Below are positions 14,821-27,991 of a DNA stretch of 64,000 nucleotides, piece after piece (positions within the stretch are counted from its first letter, which is position 1; each line of letters opens with the position of its first letter). Source of the stretch: the human T2T-CHM13v2.0 reference genome, Homo sapiens. A program made the position numbers and the translations under genes. The notes under the pieces were generated by a model. That model was not told the origin of the DNA, ran no database searches, and saw nothing but the letters and a program-made list of their open reading frames with translations. Location of the stretch: the NCBI GenBank assembly GCA_009914755.4, contig CP086569.2, positions 25,440,001 through 25,504,000 of the forward strand, given 5' to 3'.

Positions 14821-15366
14821 CATCTTCCCAAATACCTTGGGACTGATCTTTATGCTTTTATCATCCACATCTAGTAAAACATCAAATTCTGCTGAGTTTT
14901 CATATTTCTTACCTTGTTCCATTCTCTCCATACCTACCATTAGAAACTCAGCACATTATCTTTCACCTGGACCCTAGGCTCTAATTGCTTTCTAGGTATA
15001 AAGGGGTATGTGTGTATGTATCACAATAAGTCAGATCGGCATGATCTCACTTTCACAACAAGAGATTCAACAAGTGTCTGTATATGTATCACGGAAGAAA
15101 TATTCCTGCTCTTTTCTAAGGCTAGCCCTGGAATATCCTAGAGCCTAGTCAAGTGACTTCTTTTCTGCTTTAATTATGCTTTTTGGTGATCTCACCCAGT
15201 CTTCTGACTCAAAATATCAGCACTAAAGCAATGACTTCTACATCTGTATTTCTCCAGCTTTAATGTCTCCCATAAAGTCCAAATTCCTAGTTGACAATTG
15301 TCTACTTGACATCTCAACTTGGATGTCTAATAGAAATATCCCTCGCCCTATTAAAATGTGAGTATT

Positions 15367-15489
15367 GCAGTAGGCAGAGGCAAGAGAATTGCTTGAATTT
15401 GGGAGGTAGATGTTGCAGTGAGCCAAGATCATGCCATTGCACTCCAGCCTGGCCAACAAGAGTGAAACTCCATCTCAAAAAAAAAAAAA
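15367..15489 (+). mobile_element. Alu right-arm 3' fragment with poly(A), a 5'-truncated Alu
   Basis: gcagaggcaagagaattgcttgaatttgggaggtagatgttgcagtgagccaagatcatgccattgcactccagcctggccaacaagagtgaaactccatctcaaaaaaaaaaaaa. Confidence 0.85.
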
Positions 15490-16172
<683 letters not shown>

Positions 16173-16185
16173 GATTCTGCTAATA

Positions 16186-16400
16186 TATAAAGTATACATT
16201 ATATATTATATTGATATAATTGTTATATTTATATTAATAAAGTATATTATAAATTATTGTAGAAATTTGGATATAATTTATATTGTATTATAAATTAATA
16301 AATATAAATTATATTATAAATTAATAAATAGTATAATATTATATTATATATTATAATATATTAGTATAAATATATTATATAATATATATACTTGCCTGAA
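16186..16400. repeat. AT-rich low-complexity block of degenerate tandem and inverted tatata/ataat units (~97% A+T). (AAAT)n follows at 16445..16465.
   Basis: attatatattatattgatataattgttatatttatattaataaagtatattataaattattgtagaaatttggatataatttatattgtattataaattaataaatataaattatattataaattaataaatagtataatattatattatatattataatatattagtataaatatattatataatatatatac. Confidence 0.9.
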
Positions 16401-18140
16401 TAAAACTTGTATTGGATAACTCCAATATCTACAATACATATCAAAAATAAATAAATAAATAAAATGTGAGTATTATGAAGTCAGGAATTTTGTCTACCTT
16501 GTATATTTTTGCATCCCTAATGCATAGTGCCTGACACATAGTGGCTCATCAATAAATATATGTTGACTGAATAAACACATGCTGCATGAGAGCAAAAGAC
16601 ATCCCAAATGGGACTCGATTGTCCTAGAGGGTCTTTGAGAATTTGGTACTCTAGGTTAAATGTGTATTTCGGGAGGACAGAAAGGAGTAGTGGTTGGCTC
16701 TAAGCTCCTTTAGTGTGCTACAGTTAATCCTACTCTTTAATGATTGACCTACCTGGGATGTTAGCAATCCCTAAACATTATACCTCTAGGAACACTATCC
16801 ATCAGACTTGCCTGTTAAGAATCACTTTGGAAGACCTTTACAATATAGATTTTCAGGACTTCCACCTGCTACCACCATGTCACCTCCGTATCCAGAATCT
16901 CAAGGGGAGAGGTCTAAAAATCTACATTGTAAACAAATAACCCCAGTGATTGCTATTGACAAGTTTGAAGGAGACTACTATAGAAGCTTTACCCATTAGG
17001 TTATTATAGTTGAAAATGGCTCAGCTTGCTCGATATCAGTATCTACACACGCCCTTAGCTCTAAGTCAAGAACTCCAGAAATGATACATAAACTGCCCAA
17101 ATAATATTTCGTTAGTTTTAGTCCAAAGTACTAGAGGTCACCAGTGATCTAAGAGAAGCCTTCTCATACAACATGTCATATATGGAGTTTTCTAAATGTA
17201 TATATTCTATGAAGGCACATCTGTGTGAACATTTATTCTCAAGAAAGGATCTGATTTTGTTTATTTGGCACAAAATTAATTATGCCATCCCATGCTCAAT
17301 TCCCACACCTTATATGAGTCTTTACTGTGACATATTAATGTCAGTTTTCATCACTTTTTTCCTTAAAATTGTTGAAGAATCAGGATTTCAGCTTCTCTTT
17401 CCCCAAATCCATCCCTCCTAACTATCATTTCAAGCAAGCACAGGGTCATCACTTTGAAGATTTCTGTCATCCCCTCCACAAATCCCCAAAATGTTTTTCC
17501 TGCACATATTCAGTAGACTAAGCGCTGACAAGGCAAAAAGACTAGTAAATTCCATAATCTACTCCTAATTAAGGAATTCAAATGACAACAAACAATTAAA
17601 GTGAATGACAGCAACTAACAGTCTTCTGACAGGCACTGTTACAAGAACCTGTGAGCCTTAAAGGCAAACTTACTTATGGTCATAGTCTACAAAAGCTGAA
17701 TTTCAAGTATTAAGTGATTACATATTCCCAATTATAATCTTAGCTAACCTCAAAGACTGGTCCTTGGGAAGTAAAAAGGAATAGGATCAGATGAGAAAAA
17801 CAGATAGGGACATGCTAGGAGAACCATTTCAGGCTTTCTCCTCAAAAGGTAATGAACTAAAACATAACAGAGAGACTATATTTAAAATGACATGGAAGCA
17901 ACTCCCCCTCTCTCCTTCACTTTCTCATTCAGGAAGTTTTACAGTTTGCTTCATTAATGCTGCCCCAAACAACATTTATCCCTCTAAACACATGATGTTC
18001 CCCAACAAACTGTTGCTGATAACAAAGAATCAGGGGAATTGGCACAATGCTGAGTTATCAGAGAAGTGCTTGGATGAGAGAAAATGACATTTGGAGTTAT
18101 GTTGACATTAGCAAATACCTTCTGTATCAGTAACCTAGAG

Positions 18141-18369
18141 CAGAGGCCAGCAAACTGCAGCGTGGCCTGCAGACCAAATCCAGTCCACCGGCCTGCTTTT
18201 GTAAATAAAGTTTTATTGGAACATAGTCACTCCCATTTAGTTACATATTGTCTATGGCTGCTTTCCCATTACAACAGTGGAGTTCAGTCATTGCAACAGA
18301 TTACGTGGCCAGCAAAGTGGAAAATATTTACTATCAGGCCCTTTTCATAAAAAGTTTGCTGACCTACAG
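18141..18369. mobile_element. Non-autonomous DNA transposon / MITE (hAT-Charlie-like MER family; terminal inverted repeats of form CAGrGGyCAGCAAAcT...AGTTTGCTGAcC). Copy 1 of 3 in this window.
   Basis: cagaggccagcaaactgcagcgtggcctgcagaccaaatccagtccaccggcctgcttttgtaaataaagttttattggaacatagtcac...ggccagcaaagtggaaaatatttactatcaggcccttttcataaaaagtttgctgacctacag. The ends are inverted repeats (ggccagcaaact / agtttgctgacc). The family name is not certain (MER3/MER33-like from memory). Confidence 0.6.
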
Positions 18370-21300
18370 CATCACATGCCAAAAATGAAGTGAGGCTGCT
18401 ACCACTGTCCCACCCCCAACATGTTCTGCTGGAGAACAGGTGTAAACATCTGCTTCCCCTATCAGCCTCAGAAAGGCAGAGTGTTGACTCTTCACAACAG
18501 CCAGCAAGTAGTAGCTATACCAGACATTTGGAGAAATGAGAAATACAGCATTCAGTCACCATAAACAGCCCCATGTTTCACCCATTTGGCATATCACTTT
18601 TGAAAGTCCTCCAACTCCTAAAATGCCATCTTAAAGTATACAATGTTTTATTTGGTGATATAATACTCAAACATGTTGTTTGCCTCTTAAAATGCTTCTG
18701 TTTCCTGAAAAAAATTTTCAGAAACATAGCAAGAGCTATAAGCTCCAAGACCATAAGTACTTGTATTATGTATTATGCTAGGTATTAATTTGCCAATGGA
18801 TTTTTAAAACTTCCCTGCTTTCCTCTTGGTAGCCAATAATACTGACATAGTTTAAGGTGTAAGAGTGCAGGTTGTAATAAAACATTGTTAAAAATTTAAA
18901 CTATAAAAAAGTTAAGAGTTTCTTAAAAGTACATATTCTATGAAGACACAACTGTGTGAACATTTATGTACCTTAAAGGATCATACTAGGTTACAAAACT
19001 ATGGTTTCTCTATGAAGAGATTTATGTCACTAAATGGCTGCTATCTGCTTTACTGAAGACTGAGACAGTATGGAGAAAAATTAAAATTGGGAGGTAGTGG
19101 CCATTCATCTTTACATTTTTACAAGCTTTATACAGGAAGCTTTACAGCTTGTGATAGGTAGTCCAACTATCCTACCTTTGAGATTCTACCAAAATAACAC
19201 TTCTAAAGGTAACGTCTATTAGTACCTTAAGCTCAACATTCCTGCTGGGGCAAACCTATAAACATTCCATTTGCTGAAAAAGGACTTCAAATCCCACATC
19301 AAGCTTTCTACCTCAATCTTGGGGCTAGAACTCTAACATTAGCTAAGCCTAAGCCATAGGTTAAGGCTCTCCAGCCATGCTATCAACAGGATAAATGAAT
19401 ACTTCTATAACCGAGGTAACTCTTAGACTCCAACTGAAAGAGAAACAATTATTCCTGGGGCTCTCTATGATCAAAGCCATCATAGGACTACTTTGATAAA
19501 AGAGTTGAACCTAAGTGCTTTGAAGACAACCTTATAAAACTGTCATCATAGTAATGATGGTGTCCCAGGAATGCTCAAGTTGACAATGATCCTTTTCTAA
19601 AGAATGTCATTAGTTGGTTTTGAATATGTTTTTTAAAAAGAAAAACTTTGGAAAAATACCAGTAGGAAATTCACTAGAATGTTAATAATTTCTTCTGAAA
19701 AGTATGGTTATGGATGGTTATGGACAATTTTTCTTAGCTTTCATAGCTGAAACAATCCCTTTTCATAACAAATATTTTCAACACCTCCTTACTATCCTGA
19801 AATAAAAATCACTGATATAAAACTTACATAAAATCATTTAAAAAAATAACATAATATGAAGAAGAAATAAGAGCAAAGCACTTTATAATAAAATATGTAT
19901 TTTAATGTGTTAATGCTTGGGCCAGTAAACTAGAAGGCATAAAGAAGCAGTCAGAGATTTGGATGCATCATATAATTATCATGGAGGCGGAGGTTAAATG
20001 CAGATCTATAGAACGTGTGGCATGATGTACTCATTATGTAAGTGGCATTGCTGTCAGGGATAAATAAAACTAAGAGCAGTTTCTCCTCATTTACATGGTG
20101 GTTGAATTTTTAGAACTGTCTTCCTCCCCACTGCCCCTCAAAAATGAGCTTAAACATAAAATCAAGTTTGTTTTTAGACTCAGATAACTGATAGGTTTTC
20201 ATCTATGACTGTCAAGGGAGACAGTCAAAAGTCAAGCAAGCTTCAGGATACTTGTTTGATATGGGGCATTTTAGGATATCTAGCATCTCTCACCCTTTCC
20301 ATTTAATGCATGCAGAACATCCCCCATCGCTGTATTCCCTGAAAGTAGCCCTATGAATTTTTACAACTTCCTCTAGCAATTCTCCTGCTGCTTTTGAGAG
20401 CTACTGCTTTATATTTTTCTATACTTCATGAATTTTCTTTAATGAAATTTACTATCTTTTATAAACTTTTTTTTAAAAAAAGCTCTGGCAGAGTTTTAAG
20501 CTCATCTGTGTTCCTATAATAAAAAGACATAAGGTCACAAGTCACTAACACAAACTAATATCTTGAAAGCAATTGGAGGCAGAAGAAATCAAAAAAAGAA
20601 AAGGTCAAGAAGTTAAGTATACTATCCTTAGTAGCTGGATAAACCTTTCACATCTTTGGATGAGATGCATGAGAGAAGTCCAAACAGATACCTCAAAGAA
20701 CAATTTATTCTATCTTAAAAAAGATTTATGATTAAAGCAGAATTCACTGATGTAAAGGGACACTAGTTCCAAAAAATTACAAGGTCTCAAAGGAATACAT
20801 GTGAGCTTTGATTACGGAGATTTCCTGGGCAACAGCACGACCTAAAATTAATAGAGTCCATAAAAGGAAGATGCCAAAAGAAACTTTGTGCTTAAGATGG
20901 TTTATACAGCTTGGGCTACAGCAAGACACAACCCATATATAGAAAATCACAGCATCTGCAGTATTTTAAGAAACTATAGTTGCAAAGCAAGAGCAAATGT
21001 ACAGTGAGAGGAAAGATCCTTCAAGGCCAGTGTGGAGTCAACCACTAGAGAAGATTCTTCAGTGCATGCTGGATAACAGGCAGCTTCTCACATACTGAGT
21101 TGGTTGGCTGCCATTTCTCAATCTCTATCTTTTTCCCTGGGACTGCGCATTGTCATCAATTGCAGAAATCCAGGACAGCTTGCTTTTCTACATGTGGAAT
21201 GCCTGCCAATTCCCAGAAGCTGGCTACCGCAAGACGGTTTATTAACAGCAAAGGCTGTTAACAGCCATTGCTTATCAAGTTTACCCTTACTTTTATATCC

Positions 21301-22384
21301 TTATGAACATTATCATGTTATCAAATTTCTCAGACTTTTCAAAACCCTTTCATTCTGGGGACGAGCTATCTTTTCCTTTTTTTAAAAAAAAATCTGCCTA
21401 AAGATTAAACAGGTTAAGAGGAGAAAAATCTATATTTTATTATCTCTCTAAGTCTGTTAAAAGCAACAGAGGCTTGCTTAAAAAATAGATTTTGGTTGTT
21501 ATGTAATATACTGCAAAAAATATTACTTTACTACATAAATAACTATTAGATAGCTCATGTACCATGTCTTTAAACTTAGTCAAACTGTTGTTCTAACTCC
21601 ACAGTGCAATCTTGTCTGGGAAATACCTTACCATATTAAGCAATCGAGCCCCAGAGAGAGAGGAAAACGAATCAGACTTAGGATTTTACCTAAAAGGAGA
21701 ATGGCAAAAATACTGACTGGTGGTGGAGAGTGGACAGAAATTTGCTGGATACCCTCCAGCAGATAAAGTGGTTTCACAAGATTAAGTAACAATATTAAAA
21801 AATTCTGCTCGAGCGAAAGGATCCAGCAAATAGCCAGAAGCAATGCTGTGAAAAATTGGAGAAAAAGGGCTGCTATTTACTCAAAGGAAGAAGGTGGGAA
21901 AAAATAGTAAAGATCTCTGAAACTAGGACTGTTGGAAGCACTGGCAAAGAAGCATAAATGGAATGGGTTATTTAGGCATAAAAATGAAAGCCTGCTTGCT
22001 TGACAGAGAAGTTGCAGGGACTTGACTTGATCAGATGCTCAACAGGTTCCAAACACAATTTGAAACATTTAGTTCTTGTTCCTTTCCTTTCTACTCATTT
22101 CTTTCCCCCTACTTCAGCAATCTCCTTTAAAACTTATTCCTCAAAATTCTTCAGTTATGTGTCAGAACACATGTTGGAGTTATAGAGGATGTGGGGCTAC
22201 TTCTGTGACTCTCCAAATAATCCATTCTTTAAGGATAAATTAATAACTTCAAAATCACATGATCCTAAGGCCAATAAAAGTATTCCGAAAGCCTTACTCT
22301 CATCCAGATGTAGGAACTTATAAATTTGGAAAATAATTTAAATGGATTGTAATCATCTCTGTTTAAATGTATTAGCTCATTTTC

Positions 22385-22510
22385 ATTTCACAATTCTAAG
22401 AGGTAGACTATTATTATCCCTACTTTACAGATGAGGAAACTGAGGCATAGAAAGGTTAAATAACCTATCCAAAGTAGTTAAATGGTTAAGCTGGGGTTAA
22501 ATGCAGGGAG
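22385..22510 (-). mobile_element. MIR SINE fragment (minus)
   Basis: attattatccctactttacagatgaggaaactgaggcatagaaaggttaaataacctatccaaagtagttaaatggttaagctggggttaaatgcagggagtctacctcctgggtgtgtcc. Confidence 0.75.
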
Positions 22511-22849
22511 TCTACCTCCTGGGTGTGTCCTCTTAACTATTATGCTGTATTATTTGTCATAACATTATGTGATATAAGAGATATAACAGATATAAAGATA
22601 CAAATTTGGAAGGTAGTGCAACAGCTGTGCACTAGGACTACAACTATGTGACACTAGCAAGGTACTTAATCTCCTGGGCCTCAGCTGTTAACTTTAAAAT
22701 GACAGTGTTAACTAGGTGGCCTTTAAAGTATTTTTTAGCTTTAAATTTAGTCTATAACTGTCATTCTAGCCACCCCAGAGAAATCAAATTTTAATATACA
22801 GTAACACATTTTAGGTGTTGTTTTATTTCTAATAAAAGTTTTTCCAAGA

Positions 22850-23146
22850 GTCTTCTTTTTTTTGGGGGGATAGGGTCTTGCTCTGTTGCCCAGGCTGATG
22901 TGCAGTGGTGCGATCTTGGCTCACTGCAACCTCCGCCTCCCGGGTTCAAGTGATTCTCATGCCTCAGCCTCCTGAGTAGCTGGGATTACAGGTGGGTGCC
23001 ATCACACCCAGCTAATTTTGTATTTTTAGTAGAGATGGGGTTTCACTGTTGACCAGGCTGGTCTCGACCTCCTGACTTCAAGGTCCATCTGCCTCGGCCT
23101 CCTAAAGTGCTAGGATTACAGGTGTGAGCCACCATGGCTGGCCCCA
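22850..23146 (-). mobile_element. Alu SINE on the minus strand (poly-T at 22851..22864). TSD is ccaagagtcttctt at 22836..22850 and 23147..23160.
   Basis: tttttttgggggga tagggtcttgctctgttgcccaggctgatgtgcagtggtgcgatcttggctcactgcaacctccgcctcccgggttcaagtgattctcatgcctcagcctcctgagtagctgggattacaggtgggtgcc...ggattacaggtgtgagccaccatggctggcccc. The flanks tttttccaagagtcttc and ccccaagagtcttcttaactg repeat each other. Confidence 0.93.
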
Positions 23147-26100
23147 AGAGTCTTCTTAACTGAAATTGAAGTGACAGTTATTCAAAGATGTAATAGAGCT
23201 GAAGAAAATTTGGCAAAGGAGACCAAGAGGTAAGTTAACAGATCATTTGCAGACATAGTAATTAATAGAATCCCTCTGATGTAGTAAGAAGAGTCTTATG
23301 ACATCCCTGGACTCCAAAGGCCTCTAGACAAGTTTGCAGAAAGGAAGAAATTTCTAGTTCAAAAGACACCAGAAGATGCCCTGTAATGTCCAGCTCTCCT
23401 ATACCATTGCACGGCCCATTTATAAACAGACTGAGCAGATTTCATGGGAAATAGCCCTTGAAAAAAAAAAAAAGGTAAAATAAGAACAATGATAAAACTG
23501 CCTATTGTTTCATGTGTTTTGTTTGATTTCGTTTTGGAAAAAGGGGGAAACTGCATCCATATTCTCAGGGTCAGGTACCAGGATTGCTCAGTTTCCTTTC
23601 TGATTCTTCCCCTTCTCCTCACTTTGAATTTCGGAGTGCTCCAGGGCTCTTTCGGCCTCTTCTCTGTCTACATTCATTCTCTTCGTGGTCACATTCAATC
23701 TCATGGTTTTAAAATACAATCTTTAGGTTTACTGATATCCAATTTGTAGTTCCATCCTGGCCCTTAAACCTGAATTGCAGATTCCTATATCTAACTGTCC
23801 TCTTGACATTTCCATGTGGAAATATGTCAATTAGACCTATTAGATTTAACAATTCTAAAACCAAAACCAAATGTCTACTTTTCCCCCACCAAATGTATTA
23901 TGTATTCTTCTTGTAGTATTCTCCATCTCAATTAATAAAATTCCATGCTTTTAGTTGCCTTAGCTAAAACGTCTTAGTGTCAACCTTGACCTTCTGTTTT
24001 CTCACCTGATATCCAAGAAAACAGCAAATCTCATTGGTTCTAACTTCAATATATATCCTGAATATGACAACTTCTCAGCATCTTTACTGCTTGCTATTAT
24101 CCTGGTACAAACCACCGTCAGTTTTCTCCTGGATTACTGTATTATAATGGCCTCCTAACTGATGTCCCTGCTTCCACTAACGTCCTCCCAGAGTACATTC
24201 TCCAAAATAGCAGGCAGTAATCCTTTAAAACATAAGTATAATCATGTCACTCTTCTGCTCAAAACTACAAAAGCCAAAGTTCTTATAACTTATCAGTCTA
24301 TGCCATTTGGCCTTCTTGCACATTCCACTCTAGCCACACTGGTTTTTTTTTAATCTGTTCTCAAGCATGCCAGATACCTATCTTAGGGTCTTTGCAATTG
24401 CAATTCCCTCTGCCCATAACACTCTACCCTACATGTCCACATAGTTTCCCACCTTGCTTCCTTTAAGACTAGGCTTAAATCATATTTTCTCAGTAAGGCC
24501 AATCCTGACCACCCTACTTATAATGTCAACCTCCTTCCATGTTGGCACTTCTGATTCCTCCTTAGCCTACTCTATATGGTTTTTCCATAGCACGTATCAC
24601 CTTTTAACATAGTATTTACTTTACATATTTATGTTGTCTGTCTCCCCCACTAGAATGTAAATTCCATAAGAGCAGGGCTGTTTGTTCATTGTTGCATCCC
24701 CAGAATCTAGAAAAGTGCTTGATCATAATCGGCGCTTAAAAGCACTTGTTGAATTAAGATGCTTACAAAAGTGAAGGCAGGACAAAATGGAAAATGCATT
24801 TAGTGGCTTTTGGTATATTTCTATTTATTTCTATGGCATTAATTTTCTGTTAAAGTTCAAAACTCAGCTCTGCTAGCAAATTCCAATTGTGTTCTTTCAT
24901 TTAGTTTGAAAACTTTGCATTTAATAGCTTGACTCTTTTAGAAGACTTTTACCAACAGATCTCTCCACGAGCATACCCCCAGTTATCTAAGGCAGGTACC
25001 TTGATATCTATAATTTAGTAACTCTTTAACACTATCTCCTTTACCAATGAGTTCTGAGGGATGATTAGTAATCCAGACCTACTGATTGCATTCTGGATGG
25101 GGACAGCTATATTGCTAACTTTGAGGGTAAGGTTTCAGTAATTTTGTTCAGATTGAGTGCCACCTGATTTATCTAAAAGCAACAGAGATTCTAGGGGAAA
25201 AGAAAAGTATGAAAAGTCTTACTTCCTGACATACATAACTACCCACCTATGTCAAGGATAGCAGAAGAATGCTGATGCTCTACCCACTGAATCCTGATAC
25301 TCTGAGTAGGCTTTTAAGTTGTCCTTCAAGAAGACGTTCCTTCACTCAAGGAGGTGAGATGCTACTAGCAAGTCAATTCGAACATGTAGCCTGCTGAGTA
25401 AAAAAACCAAATGGATGAATAGGGAATAGAAAAGGATGTAAGTCCTAATTTCAGTTTTGCTTCACTACAGTCAAACAAAGAGGTTCCCTGAAAAAAGGTA
25501 CAGGTTGCTCACCTAGCAGAGATGTCATGCCCAAATAATTCTTAATTTCTCTGAGCCTCAGTCTTCTTAACCATAAAATTGGTTCCTAATCCAAGATATC
25601 TCTAGATCCTCTTCCAATCCTATGATACCAAAAGTTGGGAGGCAAGTACCTTTACTACATTGAACCGGGTCCTTCAACAATTCCTTAAAAACAAAAGCAA
25701 TTTGTCTTCTGCTCAGCTTCTTTAGTGCACCATTCTGCCTGTTCACCAACATCTTTTCTGTTGACCACTTGTGCCCTCTAGTGATAAATTCAATTATACA
25801 ACAGGATTGGCTTGGAAAACAGCTCCAGAGCAAACAGGGAAAACCGTAAGAAAGCAACAGATAAAACTCAATGTAAAGAAAATGGAATCCAGGTCAAAGA
25901 TGCAGGTAAAAAAAGATGGAAATAATCCAAAAGGTCATTATCTTCTGTGGCATACCTATGCTTGTTCCCTCCAGGGCAAACATTCTATGTGATTACTACT
26001 ATAGTAAAGAAAACAGCAAACACACTGCTGAATATAAAAGCATTTTCAGATATAATTAGAATAACCCTATTCCTCAAATTAAGATGCAGATTATTTTTCA

Positions 26101-26384
26101 TTTAGAAAGACAAGGGATCTATTAAGATTCTCAGAGACTGTCATATACCTAATGTGGATAAACAAAACAGAATTGTTTTTAAACACATCTGTCAAGGAGA
26201 TGCTAAGATGTCAATTTTATATATTAATTGCTAGTTTCACTGGTTCATGGATTTACCAGTGGAGATGGGTTCAGACTAAAACTATGCACTGTGTTGGGCT
26301 TAAGTAGGGTCCCCAGCCTTCTAAGCATGTTCCTTGCTGTTCCCAGCATAGCAATGCATGACTAGTCTATCACATACTCTCTTT

Positions 26385-27470
26385 TTAAAAATTTTAAATT
26401 GTTGCATTACAATAGTACATATTTATGTGGTACAAAGTGATATTTCAATACATATATGCAATATGTAACGATCAAATCAAGGTAATCAGCATATCTAGCA
26501 TCAAAAATAATTTATGTTAGGAACATTCAAAATCCTCTCTTCTAGCTATTTGAAAATATACAATAAATTATCATTAACTATATTCACCCTTTAGTGCTAT
26601 AGAACACCAGAACTTATTCCCCCTACCTGTAATTTTATATCTGTTAACCAACCTCTGACTGTCTCCCTTTTCCAGACTCCAGTAACCACAATCCTACTCT
26701 CTACTTCTATGAGCTCAACTTTTTAAGATCCTACATATGAGAGAGATCATGAGGTATTTATTTTTCTGTGACTGACTTACTTCACCTAACATAATGGCTT
26801 CCAGGATCATTCATGTTGCTGTGAATGACATAATTTCATTTTTCTTTATGGCTAAATAGTATTCCACTATGTACATATACCACATGTAATTAATCTGTTC
26901 ATCTGTTAATGGACATTTAAGTTGATTCCATATCCTGGCTATTGTGAATAGTGCTGCAATAAACATAGGGGTGCAGATATCTCTTTGAAAGACAGACAGA
27001 CAGTGAGAGTGAGAGAGAGAGAGAGAGAGAGAGCAAGAGCCAGAGAGCGAGAGCACCAAATCCTAACCACTAGACCACCAGAGAGCGTCATCTCTTTGAT
27101 ACACTGTTTTTCTTTCCTCTGGATAAATACCCAGTAGTGGGACTGCTGAATCATATGGTAGTTCAATTTTTAGTTTTTGAGGAACCTCCATACTGTTTTC
27201 CATAATGGCTACATTAATTTATATTCCCACCAATAGCGTATTAAGAGTTTCTTTTTCTCTATATCCTCACTAGGTTTTGTTATTTTTTGTCTTTTTGATA
27301 ACAGCCATTCTAACAGGTCAGATGATCTATTTCATTGTGGTTTTGATTTGCATTTCCCTGACCAAATATTCTATTGATAGCAAACATTATGGCCACTCCT
27401 GGCCATAAATCTTACCTGTATATAAATGTTGGTTACATTTTTCTTGGTATATAAAAAAGGAAATGAACTT
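26385..27470 (-). mobile_element. Ancient L1 (L1M-type) ORF2 3' region plus 3'UTR, minus strand. It carries a ~100-bp foreign insert at 26989..27089.
   Basis: ...cataatggcttccaggatcattcatgttgctgtgaatgacataatttcatttttctttatggctaaatagtattccactatgtacatataccacatgtaattaatctgttcatctgttaatggacatttaagttgattccatatcctggctattgtgaatagtgctgcaataaacatagggg tgcagatatctctttga...tacactgtttttctttcctctggataaatacccagtagtgggactgctgaatcatatggtagttcaatttttagtttttgaggaacc is antisense of L1 ORF2 and 3' sequence. ORF 26811..27059(-) gives an L1-like peptide (...IARIWNQLKCPLTDEQINYMWYMYIVEYYLAIKKNEIMSF...). Confidence 0.8.
26989..27089 (-). other. Insert inside L1M comprising a (GA)n/(GACA)n microsatellite plus a ~35-nt segment nearly identical to the 5' half of tRNA-Glu (minus-strand sense). 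It is flanked by an exact 10-bp direct repeat atctctttga (26979..26988 and 27090..27099).
   Basis: Plus strand: atctctttga|aagacagacagacagtgagagtgagagagagagagagagagagagcaagagccagagagcgagagcaccaaatcctaaccactagaccaccagagagcgtc|atctctttga. The reverse complement of the right part is cgctctctggtggtctagtggttaggatttggtgc, compared with tRNA-Glu tccctggtggtctagtggttaggattcggcgc as recalled. Confidence 0.6.
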
Positions 27471-27577
27471 CAATGACCTCAACAGAGATTTAGTTTAAAC
27501 AGCAGAAAGGTCTTAAACCACGTTGTTGTCACTGCTATACAAGTGAAGTATTAAACAATCTTCTTTTGAAATCTTTA

Positions 27578-27991
<414 letters not shown>

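Noticed and set aside
18084-18350. 88-aa ORF (MTFGVMLTLANTFCISNLEQRPANCSVACRPNPVHRPAFVNKVLLEHSHSHLVTYCLWLLSHYNSGVQSLQQITWPAKWKIF...)
   Set aside because: It lies almost entirely inside the palindromic MITE at 18141..18369. The open frame is a consequence of the transposon sequence, not a gene.
21104-21385. 93-aa plus-strand ORF (MAAISQSLSFSLGLRIVINCRNPGQLAFLHVECLPIPRSWLPQDGLLTAKAVNSHCLSS...) in unique sequence with a few CpGs
   Set aside because: There is no flanking splice-site pattern and no recognisable domain. Stop-free stretches of ~280 nt occur by chance. It is kept only as a note; conservation data would be needed.
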